NCBI RefSeq assembly: GCF_003704095.1
Contig: NW_020843834.1
Coordinates: 620,001 to 684,000 of the forward strand
DNA length: 64,000 nt
Direction: 5' to 3'
Origin: Pocillopora damicornis
Taxonomy: Eukaryota
The notes below the pieces were generated by a model, which worked only from the letters and a program-made list of their open reading frames with translations, had not been told where the DNA came from and ran no database searches. This document shows positions 1-11,200 of the stretch, piece by piece. Both the position numbers and the translations under genes were made by a program. The stretch's first letter is position 1, and each line of letters opens with the position of its first letter.

Positions 1-236
1 TTTGAGCCCAAAATTCTACCATGGATCTCTTAGTTGAAAGTCTATATATGGAAATGAGGAAAACTGAACTATTAATAGTAAGTGACTCATGGTATGGGAA
101 AATTAAAGAAGTTAGCATCACTTACCTGAAAATGATCAGTCTGCTTGATAACACTTTTTTATCATGGAAAAGTAAGGAAATTTTGAAAATCATTTTTTGT
201 GGCTATTATAAATTTTCACCTTGTTACCCTTCACAG

Positions 237-2201
237 AGTGCTACGTCGTAATGTTGCAAGGCTTCTGTCCGAGGCAGAGACAGGGAAGAAAGATGAAGAT
301 AAAGTAAACCAAGAACACAAAGAATTGAGAGAAGCCTTGGAAGATAAATCCAAGGAGCTATCTGAACGATCTGAAGGTGCTGCTAAGTATGACACTTTTT
401 AACAAGGGGGGGGGGGGCAAGGAAAAGGTTAAACTGTCTTCAACCATTTAACCCTTCACTCCTATGATCTCAAATGTATTCTGTATACTGTTTGTCCAAC
501 ATGTCTTTAAAATTTAGCTCTGAGGATTTATTGACCCTCAGTTAAAGGCTTTTTTTTTCATGTCTCATTGCCTTTCTGCACTAAAATGTATTGATACTGT
601 GAGCAGAAAGTTGACTGTTTGATGATCGCTCCAGGGAGGTGAACTTCTCCATACAATTTCTATACATCATCCAGCAGAAAGGTAATGAGAAAACACAACC
701 AATCAGTTGACAGGTTTTGTCTTGATATAACATAAAATGCTATCAAATAATTTTCAAGGAACTGTGTTCTTAAGCAGCTAAAAGGAAGCCCCCTTAAACA
801 TCAGGATGTATTTTCTCTACACTGTTCTCTATGCATTTCCTAAAATGCTGACAAAAGGAATTTGTTTACCAGTCAAGAGCTTCTTTAGCGGGTGATCATT
901 TCCTTTACCCTTTAACTCCCATAAGTGAAAAAGACGGAATTTCTCCTTACAATATCAATGCAGTATCAAGCAGATAAGTGATGAGAATAAAGAAAAATAT
1001 CAATCAGGGGATTATGAGTTCAATGTCAAATTCTTCTAACTAACTCCACAAGAACTGTATGGTGGATGGGAAGGTGAATTACTAAATGCGATCTTGGAAG
1101 TTAAAAGGTGAATGTGTGATTCAGGGGTAATATTGTGGAAAGAAATTAGATGTCTGTCACCCTTAGAGGCAAAGGTTGGTGGTTTACTGTTATAAAACCA
1201 TAAAACCATAAAACCAAAATCAAGATAGTAACAACAGCCCAGTAGTAAAGAAATATCATAAGGAGCCAATCAGAACTCAAAATTAAAGATAAACAAACTG
1301 CTTGAAGCTCAGGGAACGTTTCACATCTGATTTGTTGCACATTTTTGACCTTTTCTGGTTTGGTTTTAATCCTGGCAGAGCTTGAAAGGACAAAGAAAGA
1401 TTTGGCTGCATTGAAAGAACGGCATGCTGAACTGACACAGGAATACGACAAGCTTTTGAAGGAATATGCTAAAGCACAGGTGGGAGGGGAGGGCTGGGAG
1501 ATGGGTGTAGATGGGTTTAGCCTGAGAGCAGGCCCTTGTCACTTGCGCTGCAGGACACGCCTTTGTCCGCCCGCAGGAGGGTTGGGAGGAGTCGAGAAGC
1601 GATTAACCTGGGATCTGGCACTAATAATGAGGGCCTGAAAGGACGCTATTGTCTTTTCATCATCTGCGTTCGCCCACGAATGCAGCATTCTGATTGGTGA
1701 AAAAATGACAGGTCCTGTCATTTTGAAACAAACTAGTACTTTATATCGATGTCAAACACAGACGTGAGCCAGCTTGTGACTTGTCCAAGGCTTCACATAT
1801 CCTGCGGACGAAGAAACACTCGTGCCGAAGCGCTGATAATGTTGGCCGGCTCATTGGGAATAAGAGGTTCTAGAAAGGACGCAGAATTAATGTAGAAGGA
1901 GATTTATGGGAGTATTTACCGTAAAGAAATAAGGAACTAGGATTGTAAAGAGAATCAACTGGTTTTCTTGTAAAACTTTTTGAGCGTTTTGAAACTCGAT
2001 CCTCCAGCCTCAAAATTCGACTCTCGATTCCCGAATATTTCGAGAATCGAGGTTCCAAGTTCGAGTTTCGAGTCGAGATTGACATTTTACCAGTTACCGT
2101 TACCCACCTGAGGTTCGTTTTAATTACTTTTGTTTTTCTTCCATCAGGCCAAGCTGGGGAAAGACGAGAACAAAACAGGAGAAGATAAGAAAGACAACTG
2201 A
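237..2201 (+). CDS. BCAP31: B-cell receptor-associated protein 31/29 family (BAP31), last three exons; 5' part lies outside the window
   Basis: Exons 237-376, 1379-1479 and 2148-2201 have AG/GT boundaries and compatible phases. They give the coiled coil ELERTKKDLAALKERHAELTQEYDKLLKEYAKAQ (cf. BAP31 GLTKEYDRLLEEHAKLQ) and end ...GEDKKDN*, a KKXX ER-retrieval signal. BCAP31 and BCAP29 cannot be distinguished by eye. Confidence 0.8.
1971..2075. mobile_element. ~105-bp hairpin (MITE-like) insertion in the BAP31 intron
   Basis: Present at 1971-2075 but absent from the paralogous sequence at ~6010-6025 (GGTTTTTCTTGAGATTGAC). It contains internal inverted repeats AAACTCGA/TCGAGTTT and CTCGATTC/GAATCGAG. 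Confidence 0.55.
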
Positions 2202-3114
2202 GGACATGTGACCATCATCTGAATTATTTAATAATTATTATTAGTAATAGAACACATTTATTTGATAGAACAGATCTAAAGATAGCTCGTCACATAGTCT
2301 CTGTTTAAAGCTTGTGAGAAAACTTAGAAGTCAGTAACAAAAATCGCTGTGATGCTTGTTTGAAAGTTGAAGTAAGTTTGCATAAGATTTTATGTTGAAA
2401 AAAAAAAAAAGAGAGAGAACTGAATTAGTTGTAACTGTGCAGAAACCTTAGTGAGAGACTTGACCATCAAGTGTTGTTCCTATCAGTTAAAACACAGTGA
2501 AAATGAATTATGTTGACACTCAGGGTAATCTCCTCAATCTCAGTTTCCCAAATAGTCTTTTAACCCTTTAACTTCCAAGATCTGATTGTATATTCTCCCC
2601 TCCAGCTTTTACACAATTACTGGCAAATAAGTGAGACGAATTTGGTATTAGATCAAGATAACAACTTCTACCTGATAAGTTTGGGTTTTCTCGCTTGCCC
2701 TTTGCTGGATAATGTATGGATATTGTAGAGAGAATTTTCATGTTAATCGCTTCCGGAAGTTAAAGGGAAACGAGTTTCTGTATGGATAGTTCAAAACGTC
2801 GTGGGATAAGAAACTTTTGTCAAGTGTCTATTAAAGGAAGGGAATTCTGTGAATTTTTTTTATACATTTAACTGTAAGGTTACTTCCCACCTTCAGAGGC
2901 CGAAAAAATCGATTTTTCTGTTATTTGACAAAACTGAATTCAAAGATTCAACCTAACGTTTCCATAAAAAAAATTCCTGAAATCTTTAAAGACACCCAAG
3001 TTATTTAGAAAAGCTTACTTTCGGAAAAAAGTTAATGGATCAGGGAGGTGTCGGTCTCGGACTGAGGCGAATCCCCCGGGGGAATTTTCGCAGCAACCAC
3101 TCACCTTGAGTAAA

Positions 3115-3159
<45 letters not shown>

Positions 3160-4859
3160 TATAGCAGGTAATTTAGTGTTAACAACTGGGTTGAAAACGT
3201 AAATTAGCCACCGTAGCTTTTTTACCCTTTACGTTGGCTAATTTACGTTTTCAACCCACTTGTTAACACTAAATTATCTGCTACACTCACGTTGAGGCTC
3301 GATTTCTCTGTTATTTCCAAATTTTGTTTACATTACGCACTTTACCAAATTCACACGTGGAAGCTCTTTGTTTATGAATAATTCTTTGCTCATGGAAAAA
3401 TCAAAAGTGGAAGAAAGTCCTTGGTTAAAAAAACAGGCCCAAAGAAGAAAGAAAGAGTACCATTCTGTTAAGAAAAGAAAAAAATTCCTTTAGGAAAGCG
3501 ACTGGTACTGGCGGAGCTCTCGATTCGTTGACTTCCTCGTCAGCACATTTTACGGTTTTTCCATTTTTGCCGCAGGTTTTTCTTTCGCCTTTGTGTCGTC
3601 CTCGTCGATGCTCCACTGAGCGATCGAGTTAAGAGAAAATAAGTGTCTGCAATGGATCACTTTTGCCGGGAAATCTTGATCACTCTTCATTGAAGCCAGA
3701 AGGTCCCATCGTCCTATTGGTTCGTGGTTTCAGGAGGCGAGATAATCTCCTGGCGTGGCGCGAGTTGTTTGTGAACCTTTATGAGCTAAAATCTCGAATT
3801 TGATTTGGGAGGAATACAACCACTTTTGACCGAATTTTTAGAGAATATAGATTTGACAGATTTTCGTTAAGTTAAATTTCGCCAAATCATCCTAGGAATA
3901 ATAACAAACGAAAGTGTGTCGAGAAATTTTGGTATTTGATTTGTCCCATTGCGTCCATTAACGCAACATGACTCGCATATTCTTCTCGAAAAAAACACTA
4001 CCGATATCTAGATAACCAATCAGGATATCGAAAAAGTCTGACACTTTTGTTGATTGATGGCTTGTAAATGAGACTGAGCAGCCATTTTGTCGTGCTGCAG
4101 CATCCGATACCCGATAAATTCAATAGAGGAACTTTCGGTTGTTTTGTGCCCTACCGGCTCCTGACTCTTCCTTAAAAGAAGATACCACAGGTATCCCAGT
4201 AAAAATGACTACCCAGGGGTATCTCGCTGCTGACTTTCTGTACGCTGAAGCCACTCTTATTTCTTCGTTCTGTCTGCCTTTTATTTCAGGCAAAAGGTAA
4301 GCTTTTTGAACACAAAGAATCTAAAAACTTAGAGCGAAGACGGTCGACCATTTCCTCTTGGGGTTGATCATTGCAATGAATGATTAATGGTTTTACATGT
4401 TGCATTCTAGATGGAATAAAATTTTTAACAACAGGATCTTGGCTGCTTTGTTTGCGTATGGAGAATTCTACGTCAACGTCTCTGCGTTGGTTATAGCCCT
4501 ACTAATCTCCTCATTTTGACGTGAAATGACGAGTCAGTTATCTTGATAGCGCATTTAATAGACGATCCATACTGTAACGATAAGTTTTATTTAAAAAGCT
4601 ATCATAAGAAGTTCAATTGCACGTGCCTGTTCGCCGCTTCTATATCGGCCGGGTACTTTATGCCGGCACACTCTAACAATATTTCGTTATATCAATTACA
4701 CTTTGCCGCCTTTATTGCTCAAATTTTCGTTTCAGTTGTTGCATCATATTCATGAATATTAATAATGTGGTATCAGAAAAACTATTCTGTTACTCTCTAT
4801 TACTAATCCAAATTGTCTCATGAATTACTGAACTCCAGTGGGAAATTTGTTATTTGCAG

Positions 4860-5545
4860 ATAAAAGTCGAGTTCGTTCTATGAACTTCTAAACGCCGATA
4901 CCGTCAGTGTTTGCTGATTAAAATATGTAGACCGCATCGTATAACTCTCACTTTTCACGAATAAGTGTGGCATCGAGAATCACTGTATGACTGTAAATTT
5001 TCTGCTAATGAAAATGATATAAAGTTTATTGGGGTGAAACTAAAAAACTGTGATTTGTGAAATTACGTCATAAAAAACAAGATGCCCTCAGGCACCTGCC
5101 AGCGAAAGGCTGAAAAAGCTATCGTAATAATTTTAATTGCGCGTTACTCACGTCCGTTCTATAAATTTTTAAACATAGATACCGTGAGTGTTTGTTTATT
5201 AAAATGTATAGACCACATCGTATTGCTTTCACTTTTCACGAATAAGTGTGGCAGCGAGAATCACTGTATGATTGCAAATTTTCTGCTAATTAAAATGATA
5301 TAAAGTTTATTGGGGTTTGTCGGCTTACGTCGTAGAAAAACGAGAAGCCCCTTGTCACCTGCCAGCTAAAACAATCGTAATAAATTCAATTGCACGTGCC
5401 TGTTCGCCCCTCCTCTATATCTGGGTATATTAGCTACGTCCGTTCTATGAACTTAAGTGTCATAAACACTATAAGTGTTTGTTTATTAAAATATGTAGAC
5501 CACATCGTATTGCTTTCACTTTTCACGAAAAAGTGTGGCAGCGCT
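4860..5545. repeat. Imperfect tandem repeat, about 2.5-3 copies of a ~283-bp unit
   Basis: GTTCTATRAA recurs at ~4875/5156/5442 and CTTTTCACGAAWAAGTGTGGCA at ~4951/5232/5519. ATTGCACGTGCCTGTTCGCC occurs at ~4616 and ~5389. Confidence 0.75.
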
Positions 5546-5795
5546 AAGAGCAAAACAGCTCTTTTTTTTCTGCTTGCGAAATAATTTAATTTTCGTGCTA
5601 GCATATGTTAATTTCAGCTGGAAAAAAACCTGTATTAAATTTGTTTCAAACTCATTATCGTAATTTAAATGCCCAAAAACAAAAGAAAAGAAAATTTGAA
5701 CGAAAGCATGTGTCTTATCATTTCATTCAGCTCGTTGATCATGGCAGCGAAAGAAACCTCTGTTGAGAAGTAAATAATTTTTCCTAATTCTTGTT

Positions 5796-5895
5796 NNNNN
5801 NNNNNNNNNNNNNNNNNNNNNNNNNNNNNNNNNNNNNNNNNNNNNNNNNNNNNNNNNNNNNNNNNNNNNNNNNNNNNNNNNNNNNNNNNNNNNNN
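5796..5895. other. Assembly gap (100 N); other gaps at 9190-9289, 20885-20984 and 24867-24966
   Basis: Runs of exactly 100 N, i.e. placeholders of unknown true size. Confidence 0.99.
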
Positions 5896-8243
5896 CTCAT
5901 TGGGAACAAGAGGTTCTAGAAAGGGCGCAGAATTAATGTAGAAGGAGATTTAGGAAAGTATTTACGGTAAAGAAATAAGGAACTAGGATTGTAAAGAGAA
6001 TCAACTGGTTTTTCTTGAGATTGACATTTTACCAGTTACTGTTACCTACCTGAGATTGATTTTAATTAGTTTTGTTTTTCTTCTATTAGGCCAAACTGGA
6101 GAAAGACGAGAACCAAACAGGAGAAGAAAAGAAAGACAACTGAGGTCATGTTACCATGACCTGGATCATTTCATTATCATTATCATCATCATTATTATTA
6201 GTATTATAATTATTATTAATGGTAATATTATCATTATCATTATTATTATTTTTATTATTAAAATAATAATCTCTGTTAAAAGCTTGTGAGAAAACTTAGA
6301 AGCGCGTCACAGTCAAAAGCTTGCGCAAGCGTGATGAGAACTTGACTGCGTTTTGCGTCTCAAGACGGGGAAAAACAACCCCCAATTTATAACTCGGGCA
6401 TTCTACAGGAAGCCCGAGTAACAAGTCGCCGTTAGATTTAAACTTGAAAGACTAGTTTTATAGGAAGGTTGCTCTGTTGGGAGTACGTCATATTAACTTC
6501 AAAAGTGTTGAAAAATATCTTTCAAAATAGAAACTGATTTTTGTAAACAGTATTTGTACAAAGTTGTAGTATGGAATTATTTGGAAATAAAGGTTTGTGA
6601 AGCGCTAAAGCGAATTTTCTTTTGTTTATCTTTTTTCGTGAACCTGATATTTACTGGGATACCTGTGGTAGCCCAGTCATAAAATGCCTTTGTTTGTTTT
6701 TTTTTTTTGATCCTGCTTTAGGCGCTCAGTAATTAAAGCGAAGCGCAATGGTGAACGGCGCCATAGTGGCAAAGAACTGAAAAACCGAGGGGGGGCTTGG
6801 GTAGGGTGGAGTATCGACGACCTGTCCCAAGCCCCCTCACCCTCCTTTTAGCTCTGCCGTTTGTACAGTGTTCCGTTTTACTCAATGTACGCCTAGAAAA
6901 GGTTACCTTTTATTAGTAAGAGTTGCTTGGTGGGTAGAGTCGTTGCTTCGAAACACGTATATATTTTGTTGTTGTTGTTGTTGATCACCTTTCTCACACT
7001 TTTTCCAAGGAAATCAAGAGTGCTGACATACATCCGTATGAAGTCCACAATTTTGGCGGATCGATTTGGAATCTCTGTTGTCGTGGAGGCGAAATTATCA
7101 TCTAGCTTACTTCCCTTTCAGACGTTAACTCTAATATCAGTCCAAAACGGAAACTCATGCTGAATCGCCTTCAAATGTCAAATCTGTATTCATTTGTTTT
7201 CGAGCGCCGCAGTGCACTATGACAGGATTTAAAATGTTCAAATCACAGTTCTGTTTAAGATAACTTTTTATCAGTAGCCCCATTGCATAAAGTTCATGTT
7301 GATGGATATTGTATGATTTCGACAGAATCCTTTCGGGAGTTATGAAACGAGTTGAAAGATTCTAGGGGCAAAATTTTTTTAGTACAGGGGTAAGCTCGCA
7401 AAGGTGGTCGGGAGTGAACTTGTAATGCGGCGAAACCTCCAGTTGTTGGTTAATACAGTCAATCTTCTCTCGTGCGACCACCTTTAGAGCAGGGGAAATG
7501 GTCACTCAAAGGAGGTGGTCCCAGTAAAACAAAGATCAAAATATAAATCCAAAAATAAAAGGAGAAAAATTCAATTGCATCCACTGAAAGAAAACACTTA
7601 TTCTTCTCTCATTGGTTTAATGACGCAGTTATACAAAGTTTTTCTTAAAAAATCATAATTCTGAAACAGTCTTAGCGTACTCTACGCGTCTTTTTAACCC
7701 TTGGTTTTTGTGACAAGCACATTGGCAGTTTGAAACAGAATCCCTTTTAAATCACTAGAAATCAATTGCCACAAAATGACATGGCAACATGATTTGAAAT
7801 TTGTGCGTATATCTATATGCCTATTTATAAATTAGTTTTGACCCATCGGCGTAACCCAAAGATTTCCTTTTATCTTAATGATGGTCCTTATTGGAAACAA
7901 AAAACAAAAAACTTTGACAAATTTAGGGCCTCAAAAAGGGTCGCGTAAGGTGAAGAAGATCGAAGAAGGGACGCTAATTTAAGAGTTCTTGAAACGGTAT
8001 TTGGCAAAGAATTCTAACGAGCATATATATGCAGGACGCTGAAGGGAAGTAGTCGCTTCACAGAGTGATCGTTCAAAAGAGTGGACTACGCGACTTGAAA
8101 GAACATCCAAAAAAGGTAATGACCACCAGAAAAAAAAAACATTTGATAACTTTATCATTCTTCATAACAAGGAGCACAAACTATGTACACAACACATGGT
8201 GCAGATCGAGTGAGTCAAACAGGAAGGCATGCTAAGTAGCTGA

Positions 8244-11200
8244 TTACTCCACACATTGTGCTGTACAAGAGCACAATTGATCCCAATCTATGGACACCGA
8301 AAACACCTCCCGCTCGAGCCATCTCTCGTAGTTATTCTTGAAATCGCTGCTCAAATCGATCTTCTCTCCTAAGACGCTCAAAACGTCGTTATCTACCGGC
8401 TGATACTCGTCTTCTTCGACGCTTTCTCCCAGGCGGTCGCCATTCTCGAAGCCGTATCGACGGTTGTTGAAGCGATCTACACATGTGCGCAAAGCGTTTT
8501 CTTCACCTTGGAAGTCCCAGGGCCGGGCATCAAGATCTATTGATTAAAATAACAGTTGGATAACTTTTGAAGGCCTTTAGATCACAGTACGAGTGCGAGC
8601 TCTTATGATAAAAGTTAAGGGGAAACATGTTTTGAAATAATTGGCCTTCCAAACTCGTACCGTTGAACAATTGTTTGTTAATTTCTCTAATTGCTCGTTA
8701 GTATTTTGTCAGTCTTGGTTCTACTAAAAGAATATTGTGACAAATATAATTTCAAAGCAGTGGCAGTTTCGCGCGAATTTTTGGGTGTTTTAGTTGGCTG
8801 TCACGTTCTGTTTCCTGCTTGGCCATTGCAAGAGGGAGAAATTTTCAAGGGAGAAATCATTCACATGACTTGCGCCGACCAATAAGAGGTCAAATCCACG
8901 ATGAATGATGTGCTCACCGTTCCCATAAGCCCAATCGTCATTGAGCCGATGCCGGACCCTTTGGTAGATCGCGGACATAGTCTTCATGTTACTCTTTCTC
9001 CAATTCCTTCCTAAAAACTTAGTTTGCGCCTTCAGCAACTGAGAAAACAAAACAACGTAAAACGAATAAATAAACAATACAAATTCATCAAATTTGGATT
9101 ACTTTATTCATCTCACCCACCAGTAAAGGCAATTTCCTACTTCCAAGAACCTCACTTAAAAGACGAGGCAAATGTTCTCGCTTTTCCCCNNNNNNNNNNN
9201 NNNNNNNNNNNNNNNNNNNNNNNNNNNNNNNNNNNNNNNNNNNNNNNNNNNNNNNNNNNNNNNNNNNNNNNNNNNNNNNNNNNNNNNNNGATATTTTCAG
9301 TTAAGAAAAGAGACAGCTTACTTACGTGTTCTTAGCAGCAACAAAGGCGGAAATATTTTGATTCAGGTATTTCAGAATAAGAGGAATACAGTTGGCGAAG
9401 ACGAGATGTTGGCTCATGTACTCAAACTGGTAAAAAAAAAGAAAACAAAATTAAAAAACACAAGGCAATTTAGATGTTGTATGAAATATGCGTCAGCTAC
9501 TCAAGAAGGGAAGAACTGCAAATCATTAGAAACATGATTAAAGTTAATTTCTACCTCACCTGATAAATATGATTCATCTTGTAATGTTTAAGCAAAAGAA
9601 AGAGAATTGCTGATATGGCTTTCACTATGATCTCCTAAGGATGAAACAGAACACAGTATTGAAGGTACGGAATAAAAAGACCCTCTAATCAGAACAAGAT
9701 TTCAAGCAAATATTTGTGGAATTCTCACCTTGTGTCTGTTAACATCAATTCCAAGTTTCATGGACGTAAGAACTGATGAGCTGGTATAACAAAAACATTA
9801 TTAAATCAATTTCTGTGAACACTAGGCACATATAAAAAAAAGCAAAAAAAAGACAAAATGAAACATACAAACAAAAAAAACAATCAATAAGAAACAAAAT
9901 AAACAAAAACAAACAAAATAAAGAAAAAGACACAAACAGACAGAGGCACAGAACAGAAAAAAAGGAGTACACACAAAACAGACAAACAAACAAATAGCAA
10001 AACAACAAAAAAAGAGAACAAATAAACAACAAATGACAGAAAATACAAACAAATAAACAACAAATTACAGAACAGACAAATCAAACAAACAAACAAACAA
10101 TAAGATCCAAAAAGCAGACAGATCTGTTATTGTTGTCTCAACAAATTCTTCTATTTGTGTGGGTCGTGTTGGTTTCTGCACTAGGTAATTTTTATTCAGT
10201 TCGTGTCAACCCAACTCGCGTTAGTTCACATACCTCAATACAAACGAGCGAGTTTATCGAACTGCGTGTCTGAAAGAGCCCTTGACAAAAAAAACGAAGG
10301 AGGCAGTTTGTACTTGTGTTTTTAATTAATTTTTGCGACGAACAGTTCGTAATGTTAAGAGTTCTTGAGGAATATGAGTGCTTTGATAAAAAGCAAGGTC
10401 AAAGGCTTGTAAGTAAAGAGCAACACTAACGGCATATCCTGTGGAAAGACGTCGGCCAAGATGTTGATCGACTCAGTTTTAGGTTTGGCTGTTGGTGCAG
10501 CAGCGAGGAGGATCTTCAATATGGCAATCTGAAAAGTGAGAAAAACCGTGTAGTCGTGTGGTCTGGTCGTTTAAGCAGGTGTGGTTCACAAAACGACTAT
10601 TGCTGGTAGTAAAAGCTGAGTTGATGGTATAGTCTGATCGTCCGCAAGAAAGTAGTCCTGAGAAGGACTGTTGTTTGTAGTAGTGTTTTGAACGCGTAGT
10701 CTGATCGTTCGGGTGAGGAAATTTCTAAAGAACAATTTATGTATTAGTGACTGATGTTTCGAAAACCTCAGCGAAAACATTATCAGCTTCGAGTCATTGA
10801 ACCCCTAAGGCTCTCGGCGACAGTCCTTCCCAGGACTACTCCCACCGAGACGATCAGACAACACGATCAAACACTACTCCTGGGCTCAAGCCACTCAATG
10901 TAGAAGACTAAAGTTACTAGTCTTTGGACGCGACCCTAATATGTGTCACTCTCTACCTATTTCTCTACTTACCACATACTGAGGTAGATTTGGAAGCATA
11001 GCTTCGTACAGCTGTTCCACTCGGTTTGAAGGCACGTTTAGGTTTCCCTACAAAAATCCAAATCCTTTGATCAGGTGAGACACTTAATAATTCGAGAAAA
11101 ACCTGCATAATCAGTCTTAGAGGCTGCCTACTGCAAAAATGGTGCACTCTACTGGCGTCAAGACGGCTATAAAAACACTGCTTTGCGGACGGAAATAGGC

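Larger units (their letters stand above)
4205..6143 (+). pseudogene. Second tandem BAP31-family copy, probably degenerate; middle exons absent or in the gap
   Basis: Exon 1 (4205-4296) encodes MTTQGYLAADFLYAEATLISSFCLPFISGK|R (cf. BAP31 MSLQWTAVATFLYAEVFVVLLLCIPFISPKR) with a GTAAGC donor. Exon 2 from 4411 encodes WNKIFNNRILAALFAYGEFYVNVSALVIALLISSF* and runs into TGA with no clean donor. The last exon (6090-6143, AKLEKDENQTGEEKKDN*) is paralogous to 2148-2201. Confidence 0.6.

Noticed and set aside
6056-6289. Poly-Ile ORFs (also 49531-49737)
   Set aside because: They arise from (ATT/ATC)n microsatellites.
9745-10096. Hydrophobic F/L/C/V-rich minus-strand ORFs
   Set aside because: Products of an AAAC-type microsatellite inside a STRIP intron.
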